Of a stretch of 38,671 nt of DNA, positions 9,125 to 16,839 are shown in pieces. Source of the stretch: Candidatus Coatesbacteria bacterium. GTDB lineage: Bacteria > RBG-13-66-14 > B26-G2. Numbering within the stretch: position 1 is the first letter of the stretch; every line of letters starts with the position of its first letter. The notes below the pieces were generated by a model. The model had not been told where the DNA came from. It saw nothing but the letters and a program-made list of their open reading frames with translations, and searched no databases. The stretch lies in the NCBI GenBank assembly GCA_003647715.1, contig QMNJ01000001.1, positions 1-38,671 of the forward strand, written 5' to 3'. Both the position numbers and the translations under genes were made by a program.

Positions 9125-12100
9125 ATGAAAGACCCGGGAAGAATAACCCTGGTTGTGGCGATAGGATTGGTTTTGTGTTTATCTATTACCTTCTCATATA
9201 CAGAAGAGTGGGTAGTAGATTATGCAGGTGTTAAGGCAACTATATCCAGCCCTGCCATTGGCGATGTCAATGGTGATGGCAGGAAAGAGGTAGTAATTGG
9301 CTCAGGAACCGGTGAGCTGTATGTATTTACCGGCTCGGGGAGTATTGCCACTGGTTTCCCAATTGACCTCGGTAGTTCAGTCATTTCGTCCCCAGTTCTT
9401 GCGAATATTGACTCCGATTCAGCACTTGAGATAATCATAGGAACAACCGATGGAAAATTGTATGCCTACAATGGCAATGGCTCAATTGTGTCGGGATTCC
9501 CTGTGGTTGCGGATGATGGAATAGTAGCAACACCCGCAGTAATTGACCTTGATAAAGACGGCAGGAACGATATTATAGTCCCCGCAGTTGATGGAAAACT
9601 CTATGCCTGGTCTGGTAGCGGTGGATTGTTGCCTGGCTTCCCTGAGAAGATCTCAAAGACAGGCAACCCAAGGGTAGAATCATCGCCTGCGGTTGGTGAT
9701 GTTGATGGCGATGGTAACATAGAGATTGCATTTGGTGCTGACGATGGTCGTGTTTACTTTTGCAGGTATGCTTCAGGTGTTCTATCGGTGATATGGTCTA
9801 GAAAGACCGGTTACTATGTAAGGTCAAGCCCCGCCATCGGTGATATTGATGGAGATGGTCTTTACGAGATTGTTGTGGGCAGTGATGACTACTCTGTCTA
9901 TGCCTTTGAACTATCTGGCTCGCCAGTTAGGGGTTTTCCTGTAAGCACCGGTTATAAACTGCGATATGTCTCACCCGCTCTTGCGGATATTGATTTTGAC
10001 ACTGTAGTAGAAGTGGTGGTTGCCAGTGGTGATGGTAATGTCTATGTCATAGATGAAGATGGGACATTTCTTCCTGGTTTTCCTGTAAATCTGAACAGTA
10101 AGGTTCTTTATTCCTCTCCGGTGGTTTCGGACATAGACGGAGATGGCAAGCTGGACATAATAGTCGGGTGTGAGAACGGGAATGTCTATGCTGTCTCAGG
10201 GGATGGCACCATAATGCCTGGCTATCCATATGTTCTGGGTGGAGCAGCTTATACCTCACCTGCGGTTGGTAACATAGATGCTGATTCAAGTTTAGAGATG
10301 GTGATAGGTGGAAAGGATGGGTTTTTATACTGTGTGGATGTTGGGGGGATGGAGTCGAGAGCCAACATGCCCTGGTCGCAGTTCAAGAAGGATAATTACA
10401 GAGATTCGGTATTTGGATTTGTAGGTGGTGTAGCTGAGTTGCCATCGGTCACCGTCTCGGATATAAATGATGAGGTCTCTGGTGATGTAACCATCAATTA
10501 TGTTCTCTCGGATAAGCAGGGTGATTACTTAAGCATTCAGGCAATGTATTCAGATGACGCAGGCAGGACCTGGCATGAGGCGAGTATTATTGGAAGGACT
10601 GAAAACATAGGTCCTTCCGAATACAAGGGCAGTTTATTGTGGAAGTCAAATGATGACCTCATAGGTCCGCTGGAGAAGAAGGGCGAGGCAGACCCCGTGC
10701 TCATCGCTGAGGAGAGGAGGGAATATAGAGAGCAGAAGGATATCAAGTTCAAGATTATACCATCTGATTCAAGTGGGATAGGAACCAGTGGTGAAACAAT
10801 ATTATTTCATGTTGATAATAATGTTGCACCATCAATAACAATTGAACCCATAGAGGGCGAGAAGACCGGGGATGTGGTATTCAATTATACAATATCTGAT
10901 GAAGAGCAAGACCTGATAGGTTTACAGTTTGAGTATTCTCTTGACAGTGGTGAGACATGGAAACCCGCCACTGTTTCGGGTGCGACTACATCTATACGCC
11001 CAGCCAGGTATTCCGGACAATGCACATGGGATTCGGTGGCTGATTGTCAGGCGATTGATTCAGAGAATGTGATGTTCAGGATAATCGCATATGATAACGA
11101 CCCTGGACCTCCCGGTTTCTCAAACAAATTTCACCTTGATAACAATACACCTCCCAGGGTCATTGTTGAGGATATCCTTGAAGAGGTAGGGGGAGACATT
11201 GTAATTAATTATCAATTGCAGGACAGGGAGGAGGATAAGCTGTCACTTGACTGCTTCTATTCACTTGATAGCGGCGAGAACTGGGAGAAGGCAACGGTGG
11301 AGGGGAACATAACCGATATAACCTCTACCGATTATAAGAGTAATCTGGTGTGGAAGAGTTTGGATGACACCAGAGGTGTTGATATAAGGACGACGCAGTT
11401 CAAGATAGTTCCTATGGACAATGACGAGGGAAAGATAGATACCACCAGTAATTTCCACCTTGATAATAACAATCCGCCTGCGGTCAAGGTTGCAGAGGTG
11501 GTAGGTGAGCAGACGGGCGAGTTTCCCATTGGCTTTACAATCAGTGATGATGAGGGTGACGAGGTGTCGTTGTTATGTGAGTATTCCAAGGATAAAGGGC
11601 AGTCGTGGATAAACGCTACGGTCAGTGGACGCTTAAGCGGTATAAAACCTGCTGATTATTCCAGTGAATTGATGTGGGACTCAATAATTGACCTTCTTGG
11701 AGTGGATTCTGCAGAGATACTGTTCAGGATAACGCCTTCCGACGCAGATGTTGGTGAGCCGGGTGTAAGCGGAATGATTTATGTAGATAATAACAAACCA
11801 CCATCAATATTACTGTCAGATTTCACTGAGGAGCAGAGTGGTGATATAGATGTCTATTTCACCGTCTCTGACCTTGAGAGGGATACTGTGAGTTTATACT
11901 GTGAGTATTCACCTGATGCCGGCACAACCTGGTATGAGGCGACAGTGTCAGGTAATACTGATTTCGGGGAGGAAGGATATATTGGGCATATTACCTGGAA
12001 TTCACTTGTTGATGTTCCTGACCAATATCTTGAAAAAACCAGGTTCAGAATAACACCTTCTGATAATGATGAGGGTGAGCCGGGGACGACCAATAACTTC

Positions 12101-15100
12101 ATCGTTGATAACGACAATCCACCAACCGTTGTCGTTATGGGTGTCAGCGGTGAACAAGCAGGAGATATAACTATTCCTTATGAGATAAGCGATAAAGAAG
12201 GCGACCCGGTCTCGTTATTTGTTGAATATTCAGTTGATGGGGGTGAAAACTTCTATCCAGCAACTATAACCGGCTCTTTGGAGGGCATCACCGTAGGCAG
12301 TTACAGAGGCGCCTTTACCTGGGAATCAGAGCGTGATATTAAGGGTGTTGATTCAACTCAAGTCCTGGTGAGAGTGACCCCATCTGACCTTGATGCGGGT
12401 GAACCAGGGATATCGCCTCCCATCTGGGTGGACAATAATACGCCTCCGACAATCTCTCTTTCAGATGTTTCAGGCGAACAGTATGAGGATGTTGTCATTG
12501 ATTACTCCATAGATGATATGGAATCAGACCTGGTGAGTTTGATATGTGAGTTTAGTGAGGACGGTGGTTTGAACTGGAAACCCGCTACGGTTGAGGGCTT
12601 TATTGAGGAGATAGACAGCACCGGTTATTTAGGCTCTGTGATATGGAGAAGCGATTCTGACCTGCCTGGCACTGACCAGATGGATATTAGGTTCAGGATA
12701 ACACCAGTTGATAATGATACTGGAACCCCTGGGGAGACAGAGAACTTCCATCTTGATAATAACGAACTTCCATCTATTATAGTTGAGGATATCACAGAAG
12801 AGCAGAGTGGTAATGTCTCTGTCTCATATAAACTGGAGGATGCTGAGTATGATGCCAGTATGATAAAGGTTGAATACTCAAGTGATGGTGGTTTCACCTG
12901 GCACCCCGCAACTGTTGCCACAAAACTGGAGATTGACCCCGCCCGATATGCTGGAACAGTTATGTGGACATCGGAGGCGGATTTACCAGCGATTGACAGC
13001 CACGATGTTATGGTGAGAATTACACCATTTGATAACGACGAGGGCTTCCCCGATGAGACCGACCCATTCCACCTTGACAATAATCAACCACCTGTTGCAG
13101 TGGTTGACGATATACTGGAAGAGGTATCTGAGGATGTGAGAATCTCGTTCTCGCTTGATGATAATGATGGGGATATACTGTCAATAGATGCTGAATACTC
13201 AACCGATGGAGGAGAAACATGGAACACGGCGACTATAACGGGTGACACCGTCAATCTACGACCTCCATATTCAGGCAGTATAATATGGAACTCTACACTT
13301 GATGTTCTGGGGTTAGACAGCGACGATGTGGTATTTAAGATAATACCATCGGATAATGATGTCGGTGAGGCGAAAGTGAGCAATAGTTTCCACCTGGACA
13401 ACAACAGTTTGCCCATATCCTTCGTGGCGGATATTCATGACGAGAGCTCGGGGGATATAGATATTGAATATTCACTTCAGGATGACGAGAGAGACCCGTT
13501 GAGTATCACCTGTTTCTACTCAGATGATGGTGGCTCTACCTGGCGAGAGGCAACCGTTTCGGGAACCACCACCGGTATAACCGAGGTGGGATATGAGGGC
13601 TCTGTAATATGGCATTCTAAAGAAGACCTATTAGGTGTAGATAGAGATGACATTATGTTCAAGGTGGTTGCCAGCGATAATGATACTGGTGAGAGAGCAA
13701 GTCCAGGTCTTGTAGTGCTTGACAACAATAACACACCGAGGGTTGAGGTCAATGCACCTGAGGGTGAGAGTTCAGGAATTGTCAGGGTTCCGGTTGATAT
13801 CTCGGATGATGAGGGTGATATGATTGAACTGGTATGTGAGTTTTCCATAGATGGTGGACAGGTATATCAGCCGGCAACAGTGATAAGTCCAAAGGGTCAG
13901 ATACACACCTCGGAGTATTCAACATTCATTGAATGGGATTCAATGAATGACATAGAGGGACTTGATGTTGAGGATGTGAGATTTAAGGTTATACCATGGG
14001 ATGAGGATGAGGGAGAGGCATCTGTGTCACCACCATTCCATGTTGATAACAATATTCCGCCGATGGTTGAAGTAGCAGGTATTACCGAAGAGGTTTCAGG
14101 TGAGGTCTTTGTTGACTTCACTATTGAGGATGTTGAGAATGATAATGTAAGTATGAAGGTTGAATATTCAATTGATGGTGGAAGAACATGGGCACCTGCT
14201 ACAATAGATGGCAATATGAATAATATAACAAGTTTGATGTATGCTAATACATTTGTGTGGAGAAGCGACCAGGATGTTCCATCAGCCGATTTGACCGATG
14301 TCGCCTTACGGCTCACCCCTAGCGATAGAGATGTTGGAGAGCCGGCTATTGTCTCGCCCATTCACCTTGATAATAACATACCTCCCGAGGTCACTGTTAC
14401 TATTCCCTCTGGTGAACTCACGGGTGATGTGGATATTGGCTATACAATCAGTGACCCCGAGGGAGACACTGTATCATTGATGATGGAGTATTCAGTAGAT
14501 GGTGGAATAACCTATAACGAGGCGACCATAAGTGGACAGATAAGCGGTATTACCCCTGCGAGATACTCTGGAGTTATAAAGTGGGATTCAGGTGCGGATA
14601 TTGCCGGTGTGGATTCAGGGGATATAAGATTACGGGTGGTTGCAATGGATGCGGATGAGGGTAAACCGTTTGAGAGCGAACTAATAAGTGTGGACAATAA
14701 CATTCCACCAGATGTATCTCTTGGTAGTTATGAATTCTCACCCACCGGTGATATAATATTGCTCTATCATCTCTCTGATAATGAGGGTGACAGTTTGAGT
14801 TTGGTGTGTGAATACTCGGAGGATGGAGGTTCCACATTCAAGAATGCAACCATTATGGGGCTTACCACCGATATAACACCAAAGGAGTATGATGGTGAAC
14901 TTATATGGGCAGTGGGAACCGACCTTCCGGGGAAGGTCCTATCAGATGTGCTATTCAGGATAACTCCGTATGATACAGAAGCGGGTCAGCCGGAGACATT
15001 GGCAATAGGTAAACTTGATACCAATATTCCACCTACCTTGAATGTTATTGAACCGTTTGAGGAGGTGTCTGGTGATGTGGCAATAAGTTACTCAATTTAT

Positions 15101-15658
15101 GACCCGGAAGAGGATACAGTGGATTTGAAGGTTGAATATTCGGTGGATGGTGGGATGACATTTAAGGAAGCGACTATAAGGTCTGGTAGCACGGGGATTA
15201 GTTCGTCTGGATATCTGGGCAAGTTTGTATGGGATACAAGGGCAGACCTTGATAATAAGGAATTTAATGTCGTTTTAAGGGTTACAGCAAGCGATATAAA
15301 AGAAGGCGAGGAGATAATAACGCCTTCATTTCCTGTTGATAATAACAGACCACCGAAGATATCAATAAAGAGTTATGCATTGAGCGAAGATAAGGAGACG
15401 GTATCTATTGAATTCACCATTCTGGATGATGAAAGGGACAAGGCGAGAATTAAGTGTCAGTTCAGCGAGGATGGGGGGGTCACATGGAACGATGCTACAG
15501 TTGAGGGAATGACCACCGACCTTGTTCCGGATGGATTATATAAGCTTATATGGAAGAAGTCAGAAGACATCCCAACCATTCTTGAGGGGGCGAGAATCAA
15601 GTTTAAGATAATTCCATTTGATTATGATGAGGGAACATCAAGTGAATTAGAGTTATAA
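9125..15658 (+). CDS. Giant (2177 aa) predicted cell-surface/adhesin-like protein: N-terminal signal/anchor, 8 FG-GAP-like propeller blades, 16 tandem Asp-box modules
   Basis: A single uninterrupted ORF. The hydrophobic N-terminus is MKDPGRITLVVAIGLVLCLSITF. The internal repeat structure is listed separately below. No paralogue or known gene name recognised. Confidence 0.9.
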   Translation: MKDPGRITLVVAIGLVLCLSITFSYTEEWVVDYAGVKATISSPAIGDVNGDGRKEVVIGSGTGELYVFTGSGSIATGFPIDLGSSVISSPVLANIDSDSALEIIIGTTDGKLYAYNGNGSIVSGFPVVADDGIVATPAVIDLDKDGRNDIIVPAVDGKLYAWSGSGGLLPGFPEKISKTGNPRVESSPAVGDVDGDGNIEIAFGADDGRVYFCRYASGVLSVIWSRKTGYYVRSSPAIGDIDGDGLYEIVVGSDDYSVYAFELSGSPVRGFPVSTGYKLRYVSPALADIDFDTVVEVVVASGDGNVYVIDEDGTFLPGFPVNLNSKVLYSSPVVSDIDGDGKLDIIVGCENGNVYAVSGDGTIMPGYPYVLGGAAYTSPAVGNIDADSSLEMVIGGKDGFLYCVDVGGMESRANMPWSQFKKDNYRDSVFGFVGGVAELPSVTVSDINDEVSGDVTINYVLSDKQGDYLSIQAMYSDDAGRTWHEASIIGRTENIGPSEYKGSLLWKSNDDLIGPLEKKGEADPVLIAEERREYREQKDIKFKIIPSDSSGIGTSGETILFHVDNNVAPSITIEPIEGEKTGDVVFNYTISDEEQDLIGLQFEYSLDSGETWKPATVSGATTSIRPARYSGQCTWDSVADCQAIDSENVMFRIIAYDNDPGPPGFSNKFHLDNNTPPRVIVEDILEEVGGDIVINYQLQDREEDKLSLDCFYSLDSGENWEKATVEGNITDITSTDYKSNLVWKSLDDTRGVDIRTTQFKIVPMDNDEGKIDTTSNFHLDNNNPPAVKVAEVVGEQTGEFPIGFTISDDEGDEVSLLCEYSKDKGQSWINATVSGRLSGIKPADYSSELMWDSIIDLLGVDSAEILFRITPSDADVGEPGVSGMIYVDNNKPPSILLSDFTEEQSGDIDVYFTVSDLERDTVSLYCEYSPDAGTTWYEATVSGNTDFGEEGYIGHITWNSLVDVPDQYLEKTRFRITPSDNDEGEPGTTNNFIVDNDNPPTVVVMGVSGEQAGDITIPYEISDKEGDPVSLFVEYSVDGGENFYPATITGSLEGITVGSYRGAFTWESERDIKGVDSTQVLVRVTPSDLDAGEPGISPPIWVDNNTPPTISLSDVSGEQYEDVVIDYSIDDMESDLVSLICEFSEDGGLNWKPATVEGFIEEIDSTGYLGSVIWRSDSDLPGTDQMDIRFRITPVDNDTGTPGETENFHLDNNELPSIIVEDITEEQSGNVSVSYKLEDAEYDASMIKVEYSSDGGFTWHPATVATKLEIDPARYAGTVMWTSEADLPAIDSHDVMVRITPFDNDEGFPDETDPFHLDNNQPPVAVVDDILEEVSEDVRISFSLDDNDGDILSIDAEYSTDGGETWNTATITGDTVNLRPPYSGSIIWNSTLDVLGLDSDDVVFKIIPSDNDVGEAKVSNSFHLDNNSLPISFVADIHDESSGDIDIEYSLQDDERDPLSITCFYSDDGGSTWREATVSGTTTGITEVGYEGSVIWHSKEDLLGVDRDDIMFKVVASDNDTGERASPGLVVLDNNNTPRVEVNAPEGESSGIVRVPVDISDDEGDMIELVCEFSIDGGQVYQPATVISPKGQIHTSEYSTFIEWDSMNDIEGLDVEDVRFKVIPWDEDEGEASVSPPFHVDNNIPPMVEVAGITEEVSGEVFVDFTIEDVENDNVSMKVEYSIDGGRTWAPATIDGNMNNITSLMYANTFVWRSDQDVPSADLTDVALRLTPSDRDVGEPAIVSPIHLDNNIPPEVTVTIPSGELTGDVDIGYTISDPEGDTVSLMMEYSVDGGITYNEATISGQISGITPARYSGVIKWDSGADIAGVDSGDIRLRVVAMDADEGKPFESELISVDNNIPPDVSLGSYEFSPTGDIILLYHLSDNEGDSLSLVCEYSEDGGSTFKNATIMGLTTDITPKEYDGELIWAVGTDLPGKVLSDVLFRITPYDTEAGQPETLAIGKLDTNIPPTLNVIEPFEEVSGDVAISYSIYDPEEDTVDLKVEYSVDGGMTFKEATIRSGSTGISSSGYLGKFVWDTRADLDNKEFNVVLRVTASDIKEGEEIITPSFPVDNNRPPKISIKSYALSEDKETVSIEFTILDDERDKARIKCQFSEDGGVTWNDATVEGMTTDLVPDGLYKLIWKKSEDIPTILEGARIKFKIIPFDYDEGTSSELEL
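9245..10342 (+). repeat. Eight FG-GAP/VCBS-like beta-propeller blade repeats (coding, aa 41-406 of the giant protein)
   Basis: Eight copies at roughly 47-50 aa spacing of the pattern SSPA(I/V)GD(I/V)(D/N)GDG..E(I/V)(I/V)(I/V)G..DG.(L/V)Y(A/V)..(G)..G...GFP. Examples: SSPAIGDVNGDGRKEVVIGSGTGELYVF, SSPAVGDVDGDGNIEIAFGADDGRVYF, SSPVVSDIDGDGKLDIIVGCENGNVYAV. Confidence 0.8.
10436..15655 (+). repeat. 16 tandem in-frame coding modules of 321/324 nt (107-108 aa). Module 1 is 129 aa with an insertion and module 16 is 103 aa.
   Basis: Module starts counted from the sequence: about 10436, then 10823, 11147, 11471, 11795, 12116, 12440, 12764, 13085, 13406, 13730, 14054, 14378, 14702, 15026 and 15347. 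Consensus: xPPxvxVxdixgEqsGDvxIxYxlsDxEgDxvSLxcEYSxDGGxTWxxATvxGxxxxIxxxxYxGxxxWxSxxDlxGvDsxdvxFRItPsDnDxGxPgxsxxFhlDNN. The copies are diverged at the nucleotide level. Confidence 0.9.
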
Positions 15659-15668
15659 AGGATTCTAT

Positions 15669-16826
15669 ATGGCTGAGGAAAAGAAACTGTATCTGAGAGT
15701 AAAAGGTGTTGAGCACGGACCCTTCACTGTGGAAGAGGTAAAGACCTGGATTGAGGGTGGGAAGTTCAAGCCAACCGACTATATAAGAATGGAGGGGATG
15801 AAGCACTGGGTGATGGCTAAGAACCTGGTTCACCTCAAGGAATATTTTGATGCCAAGAAGGAGGAGGATAGAAAGGGAGCATTTGCTTCATGGCTGGGAC
15901 AGGTTAGAGAAGGTAAGCCACCTATTGTGTTGACTCCCACTGGTGTAACGGAGGAGCATACAAGGATTGCAGAGGCAAGGAAGCAACTTGAAGAGGATGC
16001 GAAGCGACTTGAAGAGAGAGAAGCGGAGTTAAGGGAGCAGATAGAGAGGGAGTTAACCAAGAAGCAGGAGGAGGAGTTTGAGAGATTGCGTAAGGAGAGA
16101 GAGCGTCTTGAGGAACATCGGATGGAGTTAGAAGAAGCCGAGATAGAGATAAAACAGATGGAGAAGACGGTGAGGAGGAGAAGGAGAATACCCTTGATAA
16201 TAGCAGGGGCTGTTATAGTTGCAGTTATTGCGGTCAGCACTCCAATTGTTATTAATTACTACAAGAGCACGAAGGAGTTGCAGGAGGCAATCAATAGAAT
16301 AGACATAATTGACAATGAGATTAAGAACCTGATGGCTAAATTAGAAGATGCAGAGACAACGATGGAGAGAGAAGCAATAATGGAGAAGATAGAGGAGTTG
16401 AAGAAGGAGAGGGAGGAATTGGTCAAAGAGGTTGAGAAGAAAGGCGGAGGGGAACCAATTGAAAATATTGAGACCACCCTCGGTAGTGTCAGTATTACAG
16501 GTCCGTTAAGCATTATCGGTCCAGGGTCTGATGACCCATCAAGGAGCTCTTCTACGGTGGATTCCATCATCAGAGGTAGAATGGGTGCAATCAATAGTGT
16601 TTACAACCGAGAATTAAGGAGCAATCCATCGCTAGAGGGAAAGGTAGTAGTATCGTTTACTGTATCCTCTGATGGGACGGTTACCCGAGCTAATGTAATA
16701 TCCTCCACACTCAGCAACTCCAAACTTGAGAATGCAATTGTCTCTAATATTATGCTCGCTAGATTCCCAAGCACCAGCAGTGGTGATATTACGGTTACTT
16801 ATCCGTTTACCTTTGAAACAAAATAA
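15669..16826 (+). CDS. GYF_2 domain / coiled-coil / single TM / AgmX-PglI-type (TonB_C-like) C-terminal domain protein (GltJ-like architecture)
   Basis: N-terminus GPFTVEEVKTWIEGGKFKPTDYIRMEGMKHWVMAKNL has the GYF_2 pattern. An E/K/R-rich coiled coil follows, then RRRRR and the TM IPLIIAGAVIVAVIAVSTPIVINYY (aa 174-197). The C-terminus GRMGAINSVYNRELRSNPSLEGKVVVSFTVSSDGTVTRANVISSTLSNSKLENAIVSNIMLARFPSTSSGDITVTYPFTF fits the AgmX/PglI / TonB_C pattern. AAGGA SD present. The start lies 10 nt after the giant gene stop. Confidence 0.7.
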   Translation: MAEEKKLYLRVKGVEHGPFTVEEVKTWIEGGKFKPTDYIRMEGMKHWVMAKNLVHLKEYFDAKKEEDRKGAFASWLGQVREGKPPIVLTPTGVTEEHTRIAEARKQLEEDAKRLEEREAELREQIERELTKKQEEEFERLRKERERLEEHRMELEEAEIEIKQMEKTVRRRRRIPLIIAGAVIVAVIAVSTPIVINYYKSTKELQEAINRIDIIDNEIKNLMAKLEDAETTMEREAIMEKIEELKKEREELVKEVEKKGGGEPIENIETTLGSVSITGPLSIIGPGSDDPSRSSSTVDSIIRGRMGAINSVYNRELRSNPSLEGKVVVSFTVSSDGTVTRANVISSTLSNSKLENAIVSNIMLARFPSTSSGDITVTYPFTFETK

Positions 16827-16839
16827 TATGTAGTAATCT

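Noticed and set aside
9167-9178. A possible lipoprotein lipobox (LVLC, aa 15-18) in the giant protein.
   Set aside because: Leu at the -1 position is atypical for a lipobox ([LVI][ASTVI][GAS]C), and the hydrophobic stretch continues after the Cys. I cannot distinguish a signal peptide, signal anchor and lipoprotein by eye.
12625-13080. Long antisense ORFs inside the giant gene (for example 12625-13080, 13897-14361, 13084-13416 and 13516-13848, all on the minus strand), giving Ser/Leu/Ile-rich translations.
   Set aside because: They are confined to the repeat region and mirror its periodicity. They have low-complexity composition, as expected from reading GAx/GGx/ACC-rich sense codons backwards. 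They have no SD sites and no recognisable motifs, so they are shadow ORFs.
10436-15655. The regular 321/324-nt periodicity considered as a CRISPR-like or satellite array, or as a diversity-generating retroelement target.
   Set aside because: The periodicity lies entirely within one ORF and encodes a conserved protein module. The units are far longer than CRISPR repeats and have no invariant repeat/spacer alternation. There is no reverse transcriptase and no template-repeat copy in the window.
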